DNA from: a virus
Direction: 5' to 3' (one strand)
DNA: 64,000 nt
IMG/VR virus record: IMGVR_UViG_3300037010_002844
Location: 64,001 to 128,000 of that record
Shown here piece by piece: positions 25,622 through 35,104 of the stretch; position 1 is the first letter of the stretch; every line of letters starts with the position of its first letter. A model generated the notes under the pieces. That model saw only the letters and a list, made by a program, of their open reading frames with translations, ran no database searches and was not told where the DNA came from. A program made the position numbers and the translations under genes.

Positions 25622-26038
25622 ATGAAGAAGCAACAGTTCGATGAGACAGCGCGCCGCATGTTCAAAATCCTAGTTGAACGCTTCGGCGAGCCCATCGGTG
25701 ATGCGCCCGCAGTCCCAGGCGTCCCAGACGAGAGAAACGAGGCGCTCGAGGCCGGCGGTTTCCCGACCTGTCCTGAGTGTGGAGGTCAGTACGCAATTGA
25801 GACCGACGTGCCGGGCGAGTTGCTGTGCCACGATTGCGGCGCAACTTATACGCCTGATGTGAACGAGGCCAAGAAGCGCAATGGCCCATCAAAGAAGGCC
25901 GCAAAGTCTTGGATCAATGGAACCAAGAAGTTCAAGGACAAGGTCACCAAGGCGAAGAAGGCTGGCGCCAAAAATCCTGAGGGACTCGCGGCCTGGATGC
26001 AACACAAGGCAACCGGCAAATGGCCTTCGGCCAAGTGA
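25622..26038 (+). CDS. Zinc-ribbon protein with a Lys-rich tail.
   Basis: I chose the internal ATG at 25622 (MKKQQFDETARRMF) because the track start overlaps the divergent gene. Contains CPECGGQYAIETDVPGELLCHDCG. Confidence 0.5.
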   Translation: MKKQQFDETARRMFKILVERFGEPIGDAPAVPGVPDERNEALEAGGFPTCPECGGQYAIETDVPGELLCHDCGATYTPDVNEAKKRNGPSKKAAKSWINGTKKFKDKVTKAKKAGAKNPEGLAAWMQHKATGKWPSAK

Positions 26039-26091
26039 TGGCCACAGCCACGACATTCTTTTGAATATTCTACGGGCCTTTGAATGACCGC

Positions 26092-26319
26092 TCAGTGACG
26101 GCGGAAGCCACTGTGAGGATGTCCATACCCAGGATGCGGGTACCAGCGCCTGTAACCCGAATGCCAAGTGTAGTAGACGCCCATATGATAGTAGACGCCA
26201 GGACTCACGTAAATCGCGCCGGGCGGATAATCGTAGTACGCAACTGGATAGCCACCGTGGCCCACCACGCAACCGCTGAGTCCGAGCGCCAGGATCAGCG
26301 CTGCCAACAACTTCTTCAT
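26092..26319 (-). CDS. Small lipoprotein rich in Tyr/Gly/Pro/His.
   Basis: Signal peptide plus lipobox: MKKLLAALILALGLSGC. 75 aa. Confidence 0.7.
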   Translation of the reverse strand: MKKLLAALILALGLSGCVVGHGGYPVAYYDYPPGAIYVSPGVYYHMGVYYTWHSGYRRWYPHPGYGHPHSGFRRH

Positions 26320-26320
26320 G

Positions 26321-26875
26321 TTAGACTCCGGTGGCGATTCGCTGTTTCAGCAGGTAAACGTGGCCCTCGTGCTTGTCCTCGATGCCAGCGATCAAATTGT
26401 CGAGGCCACGCGTCAAGGTGCCAGCCTCCTTCATGGAGTCGACCAGATTCTTGACGACAACGAGAAAGTTCATTTCAGCCAGTAGGCTGCGCTTGGCCAG
26501 CTCCGTCGGCTGTGGGATCATTTGCGACATCCCGTAACCCTGCACGAGTCGCATGATCTGCGACGTCTGCAACGCCAAGTTGACATTCTCCGTCGTGCCC
26601 AGGCCAACTGCCTTTTCAGCGATCGAGTCGACCTCTTCAACGACGGCAGTGTACAGCCTGTCGAACAACAGATGATCACCGTAGAACAAATCACCCTTCG
26701 AGGTCCAGTGATGATTCTGGTGAACCATCGCTAGAAACTTCAGGTGGACCAGCAACACCGAAAGCTGCGGGTAGGGCAGCGCGCCCCACTCTGAACACAT
26801 GTTGTCGAGGACGATTGAGACGTTCGGGTCTGAGACGACCACCTGCACCTCAAGTGTTTCTGCGAGGCGCCTCAT
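26321..26875 (-). CDS. Dps/ferritin-like four-helix-bundle protein.
   Basis: HLKFLAMVHQNHHWTSKGDLFYGDHLLFDRLYTAVVEEVDSIAEKAVGLG matches the Dps pattern HW.v.G..F...H.lf...y......D.iAER...LG. Confidence 0.7.
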   Translation of the reverse strand: MRRLAETLEVQVVVSDPNVSIVLDNMCSEWGALPYPQLSVLLVHLKFLAMVHQNHHWTSKGDLFYGDHLLFDRLYTAVVEEVDSIAEKAVGLGTTENVNLALQTSQIMRLVQGYGMSQMIPQPTELAKRSLLAEMNFLVVVKNLVDSMKEAGTLTRGLDNLIAGIEDKHEGHVYLLKQRIATGV

Positions 26876-26879
26876 CGTC

Positions 26880-28031
26880 TCACCTCAACTCAGCGTTGAA
26901 CGAAATCATTCCTGCCTTAGTAGGATTTGTCGACCAGTTGATCCTGACGGGCTCGCCGTTCATCGCTTGAAGCATGTTCCAGTTCTTGACGTAGAGGTCG
27001 AGGGCACGTTCCGCCAACCGCGAGACGTTGCCGTTGCCAGGCACTCGGGCCAAGCATGGGATCTTGATATCACCCGAGAGTCCTTCCGTAACGCGAAACT
27101 TGCGTAGCGACTTGGGCATCACTGACTCGCGGACATTGAACAGCTTGTTGGCCTGCTTGACGTACTCTGCGGCCGAGACGTCTGAGTGCAGCAGCGTTTC
27201 CAACGGGTCAACCGCTTCTGAGAAGAGCTGCGGCAGCTCAGGCTCGAGGCCTTCACGAAGTGACTGGGCGATCTCCTTCAACGCATAGCGTTCCAGAGTC
27301 CGATCGTCCTTCTCCTTAAGCTGCTTCATGATCTCTTTGTAGAGCTTCTTCTCGTCGATTTCCACGCCTGACGTGGCTTTCGACGAAGCACAGAACCTGT
27401 GAACGACAGGCTCTTCCCATTGTCCTTCGATATTGCCGCCATAGTCCTGAATGAACTTGTGTGCCGTTGTCTCGTACCAGGCGTCGCTCAGGCCCTCGTC
27501 AGTGGCCGCGCCGTCCTGTTTGACGGTGTCGCCCAACGGTTCTTCGCCGTACATGTCAAACGGTTCGTCTTTCTTGTCGGGAGTGGCCAGGCCGGCCTCT
27601 GTCAACTTCTTGTCGTGGAAGATGACACGAAGTGCATCGTCATTGGGCGTGCGCTTCAGCATCTCCTTGACCAGGCTCGCAGGCAACCGGCGAGCGACTG
27701 CGTGACGAACAGCGGCGCTCTTGTCACCGCGCATCCGAGCAACGTACCGCTCCGGCAGCGTCCTGGCCGCAAGCACGCGGGCCTCGACTGACGCGCTATC
27801 AGCGAACTTCAACATCACAGCAGGTTTGAAGTTGATCTGTGACTCACGGCCAGTTCGCTCCAGCACGCTGATCCGATCGTTGGCGCCCTCGGCCAGCTGG
27901 TCCAACTTGACGTTCGTCAGAACGGATGGACCTAGCACCCGGGACACTTCCTGACGGAGGGCATCGACAGCCTTTTCTTCGGCCAAGGTCCGATCGACGA
28001 CCCTCTGTAGCTCTTGCAGCCTCAATCGCAT
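26880..28031 (-). CDS. Hypothetical protein with the leader motif and HEAT/LRV-like segments.
   Basis: N-terminus is MRLRLQELQRVVDRTLAEE. An internal segment reads ARVLAARTLPERYVARMRGDKSAAVRHAVARRLPASL. 383 aa. Confidence 0.6.
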   Translation of the reverse strand: MRLRLQELQRVVDRTLAEEKAVDALRQEVSRVLGPSVLTNVKLDQLAEGANDRISVLERTGRESQINFKPAVMLKFADSASVEARVLAARTLPERYVARMRGDKSAAVRHAVARRLPASLVKEMLKRTPNDDALRVIFHDKKLTEAGLATPDKKDEPFDMYGEEPLGDTVKQDGAATDEGLSDAWYETTAHKFIQDYGGNIEGQWEEPVVHRFCASSKATSGVEIDEKKLYKEIMKQLKEKDDRTLERYALKEIAQSLREGLEPELPQLFSEAVDPLETLLHSDVSAAEYVKQANKLFNVRESVMPKSLRKFRVTEGLSGDIKIPCLARVPGNGNVSRLAERALDLYVKNWNMLQAMNGEPVRINWSTNPTKAGMISFNAELR

Positions 28032-28067
28032 GAAGTGACTCCTACGCTCTAAGTATTGTACACAATC

Positions 28068-28319
28068 TCAACGCGAGCGTTTGCGGCCATCGAGCCCCAT
28101 GGCCACCATCCACTTTTTGATGGCGTCCTTGATATCATCAGGCACGTATACGCTGCGCTCGGCGTAAACAGGATCGTCGACCAGCAACTGGTCGTACGTC
28201 TCCTCAGGCTGCGAGCCTCCCCAACAGTCACGTGCTTCGCACAACCGCTTAAACTCCTCGCGGATCGACCGCCGGAGTTGTCCGACAGTGATCCGCGAGA
28301 TTCGCTTGTCGTTACTCAC
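28068..28319 (-). CDS. Hypothetical small protein with the leader motif.
   Basis: MSNDKRISRITVGQLRRSIREEFKRL. 83 aa. Confidence 0.5.
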   Translation of the reverse strand: MSNDKRISRITVGQLRRSIREEFKRLCEARDCWGGSQPEETYDQLLVDDPVYAERSVYVPDDIKDAIKKWMVAMGLDGRKRSR

Positions 28320-28332
28320 GAAGAGTAACTAT

Positions 28333-28860
28333 TCAGCCTTGAGGAAGGAACATCTCCCAATCGGGATGCCAATCATTGCCCTTTGCGACGTCCCAGAAGT
28401 GCAATGGAGACGGCTCCATTGGAGCCTTTCGCAAAGGCATGCCGGCCTCGACGGGCGTCTTGTTGGCCTTCTTCTTGTTGCATGGTTTACAAGAAGCCAC
28501 GCAATTCTTCCAACTCGTCCCGCCGCCACGCGACTTGGGCTGCACGTGGTCGATCGTCACATTGCTCCAGTGAAGCGGCGCATGACAGTACTGACACTGC
28601 CAATTGTCGCGGTTGAAGAGGACCTTCTTCCGGAAACGCGGAACCTTCCAGCGCTTGTGAACGCGCTCAAGAACGCGGATCGTGGCAGGCACGTCCCAAG
28701 TACGTCCAGGACTCGTCAGCTGTTCACCTTCCCAGATGGAAGGCTTACCACTGAGATCGACGATCTCGGCGATGCCCTTGTAGACCATGATAAATGCTTC
28801 CACGTCCGATAGGAAATGGAGCGGCGAGTAGTCGGCGTTGAGTAGAAGGGCTCTCTTCAT
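28333..28860 (-). CDS. HNH endonuclease.
   Basis: DNWQCQYCHAPLHWSNVTIDHVQPKSRGGGTSWKNCVASCKPCNKKKANK. I placed the start at the internal Met (MKRALLLNADYSPL), which is typical for this family. Confidence 0.85.
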   Translation of the reverse strand: MKRALLLNADYSPLHFLSDVEAFIMVYKGIAEIVDLSGKPSIWEGEQLTSPGRTWDVPATIRVLERVHKRWKVPRFRKKVLFNRDNWQCQYCHAPLHWSNVTIDHVQPKSRGGGTSWKNCVASCKPCNKKKANKTPVEAGMPLRKAPMEPSPLHFWDVAKGNDWHPDWEMFLPQG

Positions 28861-28961
28861 GAGAAACCTCGTAGGACCACTATAACTAGTCGTGACCAAG
28901 AATTGCATCGTCCGTGCTCTTTGTTGAGCACTGAACGATTCAACAGCGATTTACGCAGGCC

Positions 28962-29933
28962 TTAGCGCGCCATCGCAAAGTCGAAGCTGACGTGTCCAAC
29001 GTCAGCATCAATCTCACACTGCGCGCCGATCGGTACCGGCCCGGTCAGCGGCCCATGTGAGAATGGGTAACCATACGTGCAGGGAGGACCATTTCGAAAG
29101 TACTCCTCGATCGAGTTTTCAATGGACGGTTCACGTTCCTCAGTCCGCTTAGGGACCTCGGCAAATTCTCCGATGACGATGCCATTGACCATGTTCAACA
29201 TGCCCGAAAGACGCATGTGAAGGAACTCGCGGCCGAGAATCTCACCGCTCTTGTGGACGTCTTCGATGAAAAGGATCGTGCCCGTAAGTTCAGGCATGTA
29301 CGGCGTCCCGAGCAGGTGCACGAAGGTGTCAGCGTTTCCACCAATCACGTTACCAGTGGCCTTGCCAGGGCACACGGTCCTCGGAAAATATTCAGAAAAA
29401 TCAAAGGGTTGAGTTCCCCAAGGCTCGTCAGACATCATCAGGCGCAACGTCAATCGAAACGAGTCGGAATCGGCTCGGCGAATGGCCTCGCCCTTATCGA
29501 GACGAATCGACGGCGATTGACCGTTGATAGAGATGAGCCCGGCACGGGCCAGGATGCCCGCATTCAACGCCGTGATGTCAGACATGCCCAACAGGGCCTT
29601 TCTCGAGGCTCGAATCATTCGATAGTCGAGATAGGGAAGGATTGCAGCTGAACCCATGCCGCCGCAAACGGCGAGCACGCCGTTGATGCTTGGGTCCGAA
29701 AATGCCCAATTGAGCTCTGCGGCGCGATCTGCAAGACTGCCCGCGTGGATGTTGTCGCTGCGTAGGTTGCGAACGCAGGGACCCAAGACAGGAACGAGTC
29801 CCATCTCACGCATGATATCCATGCCCTCCGTCACCTCATCCGTCTTGAACGGCGAGGCCGGAGCCACTAGCGCGATCTTGGCGCCTCTACGCAGTTTCCG
29901 GGGCGTCAGGTACATCGACTTTAAGTATGTCAA
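28962..29933 (-). CDS. LD-carboxypeptidase (peptidase S66, MccF/LdcA-like).
   Basis: AKIALVAPASPF, nucleophile motif LLGMSDITALN, then ILFIEDVHKSGE and YPFSHGP (Ser-Glu-His triad context). Confidence 0.8.
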   Translation of the reverse strand: MTYLKSMYLTPRKLRRGAKIALVAPASPFKTDEVTEGMDIMREMGLVPVLGPCVRNLRSDNIHAGSLADRAAELNWAFSDPSINGVLAVCGGMGSAAILPYLDYRMIRASRKALLGMSDITALNAGILARAGLISINGQSPSIRLDKGEAIRRADSDSFRLTLRLMMSDEPWGTQPFDFSEYFPRTVCPGKATGNVIGGNADTFVHLLGTPYMPELTGTILFIEDVHKSGEILGREFLHMRLSGMLNMVNGIVIGEFAEVPKRTEEREPSIENSIEEYFRNGPPCTYGYPFSHGPLTGPVPIGAQCEIDADVGHVSFDFAMAR

Positions 29934-29937
29934 AACA

Positions 29938-31098
29938 TCAATTCAAATCCGTCTCGACCTGTGACTTGGGATTCGTAAGCTTCTCAATTGTCGGCTGCAG
30001 CGACGCCGAGGTCCGCCTGTACAATTCCTTCATCGGGTAATTGTAGGCCTCAGGCGGGTAGTACATGCTGAGTTTCATCAGGTTTTCAGACGAGAAGCAT
30101 CGCATGATCGGATGCAGGTAGTTGAAGATGAAATCGTATGGCTTCCGCGGCGGTGCATTCTCACGGTAAACCGGAGCATAACCGCCGGCCTCGATATCCT
30201 GGATCACCTGATCGATGTTGTCGTTCAACATCTGCAGGCTAGCGGGCGTCAGGCCGTTGTCGTACCCGTGCTTCTTGACCCACTTGGCCAACCGTGACAT
30301 CATGTAGTTTTGCTTCCAGGTGTGAATGTGAATCATCTTGTTCTGGAAGAGCCACTCCCACCCCTCGGGAATGAAAAGTTGGTCATTGACGATGTAACAG
30401 GCGGCGTTGTAAATGTCAAAGCCGTCCACGATCTCTTCTGGAGATCCGAGGAACTTGGTAATCGTCTGCACCAACTGCCCATCCAATCCGCCCTGAGCAA
30501 AGCAGATGAACTCTTCACCAAAGCCGGCTGGGGTGATGTTGTTGACGATGCGTGCAGGCTCGAGGTATTGCGGCGACTGCTTGACCTCGAACAGGAATGT
30601 CTCCAGGCAGTAGCGATTCCGGAACCAGACATCGATGTCACCCATGTTCTTCTTCCAGAAGTGCCTTGTCTGGTGAATGTTGTTGAAGTCGAGCCCGGCT
30701 GAGCCCATCCCGATGCCCATGTAACGCTTCAACTCATTGATGACTGGTCGCTCGGACATCTCGTATGTCTCGATGGGTCGATCGTACCATTGGCACGAAG
30801 ACACTAGGGACTTCTCGCTTGCCGCGACCTTGAGGTAACTGAACGGATCATCTGTACCAAGGTGGACTGCGGCCCGCTTAATGCCCGCCGCGATCAACTC
30901 TTTGTTGGTCTTCAACCAGTGCTCTGGTCCACCATGAACCAGCTGCATCGAGGCGATCTTAGTCGCAAATCCACCAGCAATGAAGCCACCGTGCTCGTGC
31001 ACCTTGCCCAACAGCCAACTCGTGCGTTCATTCAGAACGCCTGCGTTATAGAGCAGTTCGACGATCGGCGCTTTGAACGTCAAGGCATGGTGTTGCAT
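29938..31098 (-). CDS. Hypothetical protein.
   Basis: 386-aa ORF. GGFIAGGFA ... GDIDVWF segments are noted but not assignable. Confidence 0.55.
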   Translation of the reverse strand: MQHHALTFKAPIVELLYNAGVLNERTSWLLGKVHEHGGFIAGGFATKIASMQLVHGGPEHWLKTNKELIAAGIKRAAVHLGTDDPFSYLKVAASEKSLVSSCQWYDRPIETYEMSERPVINELKRYMGIGMGSAGLDFNNIHQTRHFWKKNMGDIDVWFRNRYCLETFLFEVKQSPQYLEPARIVNNITPAGFGEEFICFAQGGLDGQLVQTITKFLGSPEEIVDGFDIYNAACYIVNDQLFIPEGWEWLFQNKMIHIHTWKQNYMMSRLAKWVKKHGYDNGLTPASLQMLNDNIDQVIQDIEAGGYAPVYRENAPPRKPYDFIFNYLHPIMRCFSSENLMKLSMYYPPEAYNYPMKELYRRTSASLQPTIEKLTNPKSQVETDLN

Positions 31099-31124
31099 GC
31101 CTACATACTACCAAGCTTTATACT

Positions 31125-31907
31125 TTAAGTACAAATATAGTGGACACTCAACGCATCTAGCCGAGCCTTTGTTATTGCGATTGCCTGCGGGTTGGCATCA
31201 CCTACTACGAACTGACGACCAAGACCCGCGCTCGCCACGGCAGTTGTTCCCGATCCGCAGAAAGGATCGAGGACTGTTCCTTCCGGCGGTGAAGACGCCA
31301 GAATCGCTCGCTCGATCAACTTGACGGGTTTCTGATTTGGATAACCCGTGCGTTCCTTGGACGCGGTTCCCACGATCGACATCCACCACACGTCGGTCGG
31401 CACCTTTCCAGCAGCGGCCCGTGCCGGGTCCTTCTGAAGCCCCGGTGCCATGTACGGAATGCGATCGATGTCGTTCCAATTGAAGACGTGCTTGCCACGT
31501 TCCTTGGCATAGACCAGGATCGTATCATGTTTAGCGGGCCAGCGATCCTTGCCGCGGCCTCCGAAATCATAGGCCCAGATGACCTCGTTCAGGAAGTTAT
31601 CCCGCGTGAAGATCTTATCGAGCTCCACCTTGGCATAATGAACCCAACGAGGGTCCAGGTGCAAGTAGAGAGTTCCTGTCGGTTTCAAGACCCTGTGTAG
31701 GGCCGCCAGATGAGGCACGAGAAAACCCACGTAATCCTCAAACCTGTCACTATAGCCCATTTCCGGGAATACTTGATCGCCCACGCGTCTTTGAGCCCGC
31801 TGGACGGTGCCGGTTCCAAAAGGTGGATCGGTATAGACCAGATCGATGCTCTCCTCGGGCAGCGACTGGATCACAGAAAAGGCATCGGCCAGATGAACAC
31901 TGTTCAC
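31125..31907 (-). CDS. DNA methyltransferase (beta-class N6-adenine/N4-cytosine).
   Basis: IDLVYTDPPFGTG (DPPF catalytic motif) at the N-terminus and VLDPFCGSGTTAVAS (SAM motif I) at the C-terminus. GTG start. Confidence 0.85.
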   Translation of the reverse strand: MNSVHLADAFSVIQSLPEESIDLVYTDPPFGTGTVQRAQRRVGDQVFPEMGYSDRFEDYVGFLVPHLAALHRVLKPTGTLYLHLDPRWVHYAKVELDKIFTRDNFLNEVIWAYDFGGRGKDRWPAKHDTILVYAKERGKHVFNWNDIDRIPYMAPGLQKDPARAAAGKVPTDVWWMSIVGTASKERTGYPNQKPVKLIERAILASSPPEGTVLDPFCGSGTTAVASAGLGRQFVVGDANPQAIAITKARLDALSVHYICT

Positions 31908-32286
31908 TGGCCGATCTTACTACGATGACGTCGCCATGATAGGTCGCATTGAGAGTAGCATCACCCTCTATCGTAGCCCCAGCGACTTTGGTCTTTGCCA
32001 TCGAGAGCATCGAGCAGCATGTCGACCTTTTCAGTTCGGCCTCAAGGACCCGCAATGGCTTCAGTCGCTCGAGCAGATCCTTCTTTTGGCGAGGAGGAAG
32101 TCCCTGGTTGATATTGGATCCACGTTGGCATCAGCGATATTGATCGCCTTCGCGGTCGTAGGGTTGACCGGCGGCTTCCGGGAAGGTGACGGTGATCTGT
32201 TTAGCTTCGTACACCTGGTTGGGGTTTGACTTGATGATCACCGTCACCTCAACTTCGCATGTGACCTCTAGCTTGTGATGGTTGGC

Positions 32287-32305
32287 GGCCCACTCTCAGT
32301 GGGCC
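32287..32305 (-). terminator. Stem-loop just downstream of the stop of gene 32315..32623.
   Basis: GGCCCAC-tctca-GTGGGCC, a 7-bp perfect stem. No U-tract follows, so terminator function is uncertain. Confidence 0.3.
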
Positions 32306-32314
32306 TCGACCACC

Positions 32315-32623
32315 TCATCGCGAGTCAGCTTCACGATCACTGCGCCCCAGCTGCTCCAGGCGGTGCTTGATGTGATCAATGGCGTTCACGGCCTGCTCAT
32401 CATCGCGGCCAGCTGCGATCAAACGTCTGACCATCTTCGCCGTCTTCTCGGGCTTCCACTTGCGAGTGATCTTGCGCTTCATCAGCGCCTCCAATCGAGC
32501 TCGACGTGGGCCAGCGTAGGCGTGCTGGTTCTCGAACGTCTTGAGAACCTTCTTGAGGTGCTCAGCATTCTCTTCGATTTCCTTGACTTCTTCTTCCGTG
32601 ACGGGTGCTGTCTTGGTATCCAT
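32315..32623 (-). CDS. Hypothetical basic/acidic helical protein.
   Basis: 102-aa ORF. No motif recognised. Confidence 0.5.
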   Translation of the reverse strand: MDTKTAPVTEEEVKEIEENAEHLKKVLKTFENQHAYAGPRRARLEALMKRKITRKWKPEKTAKMVRRLIAAGRDDEQAVNAIDHIKHRLEQLGRSDREADSR

Positions 32624-32635
32624 GTGTCCTCTGCT

Positions 32636-33427
32636 TCAGGATACAACGGGCGGTGGCTCGTTTACACGGAGGCGTTTCACCATGTCATCAAAGATCGTTG
32701 GGTCACTTTCGACCAACGCGAACCTACGACCGAGCTTTCGCGCCGCGAAGCCCGTGACGCCTGAGCCCGCGAAGGGATCGATGATCCACTCGCCTGGGTC
32801 TGTGTGAACCTCAATCATGACCTCGTGAAGGCGTTGAACCTTCTCCGTCGGGTGGACCTTGCCCCGCATCAATTCTGTGATGTCAGTCCAGACGTTGGAG
32901 CGTCGATAGAACTCGCTTTTGGCCGGATACTTCGCATTGTAGCCCGCATAACCACGCTTCTCATCCAAGAGAGGCACATGGAACTTTCTAGGCTTCTTCA
33001 TGGGACCCTTGACGAAGTAAGCAAGCTCCTCGCGAGTAAAAAGGTAGTTCCACTGCACGCCGTAGGCACGGCGCTTCTTCCAGGTGATCAGGTTCGCCAG
33101 CTCAAATTGGTCCTTGATCTCCACGTCGCACAGGTAGCGCATGAACGGCCTGAAGCTCGGCTGCCCAATGCCACCCCAGACGTAGAACGCGCCCCCATCG
33201 TGAAGTGCGTGGGTCGTCCAACGCAGCGTCCAATCGATCATCCACGATGCAAATGCCTTATCGGATTGTTGAACGCGGTCCCACTTTTCACGGACCACGT
33301 TTCCGTATGGCGGATCCGCAATGATCAAACCGACCTTCCCGGTGGCCTCGACCGTCGCCAGGACGGTCACGAGGTCGGTACAGTCGGCTTGAATTGCTAG
33401 GCCGTCCGTGAACTTTTCGATTTTCAT
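32636..33427 (-). CDS. DNA methyltransferase (N6-adenine type, DPPY).
   Basis: GLIIADPPYGNV and IIDPFAGSGVTGFAARKLGRRF. Confidence 0.85.
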   Translation of the reverse strand: MKIEKFTDGLAIQADCTDLVTVLATVEATGKVGLIIADPPYGNVVREKWDRVQQSDKAFASWMIDWTLRWTTHALHDGGAFYVWGGIGQPSFRPFMRYLCDVEIKDQFELANLITWKKRRAYGVQWNYLFTREELAYFVKGPMKKPRKFHVPLLDEKRGYAGYNAKYPAKSEFYRRSNVWTDITELMRGKVHPTEKVQRLHEVMIEVHTDPGEWIIDPFAGSGVTGFAARKLGRRFALVESDPTIFDDMVKRLRVNEPPPVVS

Positions 33428-33681
33428 TTCATGATCCTCAATGTCTCTCTAATCTCGAACCGGGCCACCTCACGGCCGGCCTCGTAAGCATGGTCCAACA
33501 TGTGACAGATGACGTCCGCCGCAAGATCATGACGATCCTTATCGTCGTTCAGGCACTTGATAGCCCATTCGTTGTTGTGTTGTTGCAGATGAACGCTCGA
33601 ACCGTGCTGACTCAGTCCTGGGCCTTGGAAGACGTGCTGCTTCCCCGAGGCCGTGTGACTGTGCCTGAAGGTGTAGCTCAC
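33424..33681 (-). CDS. Hypothetical protein.
   Basis: 85-aa ORF overlapping both neighbours by 4 nt. Confidence 0.45.
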   Translation of the reverse strand: MSYTFRHSHTASGKQHVFQGPGLSQHGSSVHLQQHNNEWAIKCLNDDKDRHDLAADVICHMLDHAYEAGREVARFEIRETLRIMK

Positions 33682-34526
33682 GGGACGTTGATGACCGTCT
33701 GAAGCTGCGGTTGGTAGTATTCAGCGCCGCCCACGTGAACAAACATGTTGTTCGTAATCTGCAGATCTGCTTTCCCGTGGGTGTGACCCGCGAAGACCTC
33801 AAAGCGAACCTTCGGGTAGGCCTGCGCGGCCTGCCTCAACATGTCGCCCATCATCTTCGACGTGTACCAAGGCTGGTGCGCCGCGTCGCCCTTCTGCCCC
33901 TCGAAGATATGCGATTCCTCGAAAGGTGGGAAGTGCGTTGCCACCAGGATGACCGTGTGGTAGCGAGCAGCTGCCTTGATGCCGTTCATCACGTGGGTCA
34001 CCCCCTCGTGAGCCAACTTCCGCGAGACCGAGATGATCTTGCTATAGTTGGGTGAACGGCCGCCGTACATCGACGCTGCGCCCATCGCGCCCTCGCTGAC
34101 GAAGTCACCGATCCGGTGCCAGTCCATCATGATGAACCGCGAGTTTCGAGCATCGCCGTAGAGGGCATCGTACCATCCATCGTGGCCCACCAATGCCGTC
34201 GCCGGCGAGAGCGCCACGTAAGGCGTGGTCGGCAGGTATCGCAGAAACTGCGACATATTGCTGACATCCTTCATCTCCTTGCGGACTGTCTCGGTAGTGC
34301 CACCGTAGTAATCGTGATTGCCCAAAACGTAGTAAACCGGACGGCCGACGACCTTCTCCACGGCCGACAAGTGATACGTCAGATCACGAGCGATCGAGAT
34401 GTCACCCGTCAGGAGGACGGCGTCAGGATTGTCCTTGATCAGCGCCTGGCCAAAAGCCACAAGAGCCCCCGGTCTTTCAGCGATGAAATCAAGGTGAACG
34501 TCAGTGGCCCATGCAAGCTTCGGCAT
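33678..34526 (-). CDS. Calcineurin-like metallophosphoesterase.
   Basis: WATDVHLDF, LLTGDIS, VLGNHDYY and GHTHG motifs appear in the canonical order. Confidence 0.8.
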   Translation of the reverse strand: MPKLAWATDVHLDFIAERPGALVAFGQALIKDNPDAVLLTGDISIARDLTYHLSAVEKVVGRPVYYVLGNHDYYGGTTETVRKEMKDVSNMSQFLRYLPTTPYVALSPATALVGHDGWYDALYGDARNSRFIMMDWHRIGDFVSEGAMGAASMYGGRSPNYSKIISVSRKLAHEGVTHVMNGIKAAARYHTVILVATHFPPFEESHIFEGQKGDAAHQPWYTSKMMGDMLRQAAQAYPKVRFEVFAGHTHGKADLQITNNMFVHVGGAEYYQPQLQTVINVP

Positions 34527-34558
34527 GATCTTATTTTACTTCAAAGTGGGTTGTTGGA

Positions 34559-35104
34559 TCAGAGCTTGAAGCGACAGACATTGGCCACGTACTGTCGCAC
34601 GTCGTCGAACGTCTTTCCGTTCCCGTAACGTCTGCACAGGTGCGTCAGATACTGCGGGTACTTGCCGTTCTCCCACTTCTCCGCGTTCCAGGCGATGGCC
34701 CGATCAAGTTCCTCGAGGTCAGCCACGAGCAACAGCGAATAGTCAGCCGACTCGCAGACGTACTGCGCGACGGGGCCGGGGAGCAGTGCAAGCATCGACA
34801 GGTAGCAATCGCGGTAGTGCCGCGCATCGAACATGTAACACTCGTCGATGAATTGTTGGTCAGGGTCGCCAGTGTGCCCCGTCTTCAACCAACGTTCTGT
34901 GACGAGAGCTTGATCAGCCAACGTGCAGTAGATTCGAATGTCTGCGAACTTGACCTTGTGCTGGTAGACCATAATGGTCGACGTCCACGGTTGCGTCCCG
35001 TCAGTGTACCACGAGCCATTGCACCGCGGCACGGGATACCGCAGCGCGGCTCCGATGAACCGGGCCACATCGTTGAGGTTGGGTTCCTGCTTGTTCTTCA
35101 TCAC
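34559..35104 (-). CDS. Hypothetical protein.
   Basis: 181-aa ORF. No motif recognised. Confidence 0.5.
   Translation of the reverse strand: MMKNKQEPNLNDVARFIGAALRYPVPRCNGSWYTDGTQPWTSTIMVYQHKVKFADIRIYCTLADQALVTERWLKTGHTGDPDQQFIDECYMFDARHYRDCYLSMLALLPGPVAQYVCESADYSLLLVADLEELDRAIAWNAEKWENGKYPQYLTHLCRRYGNGKTFDDVRQYVANVCRFKL

Noticed and set aside
31125-31132. A GTACTTAA box upstream of gene 29938..31098, as another instance of the GTAC..TTA motif.
   Set aside because: The TTA/TAA here is simply the stop codon of the upstream methyltransferase, so the resemblance is confounded.
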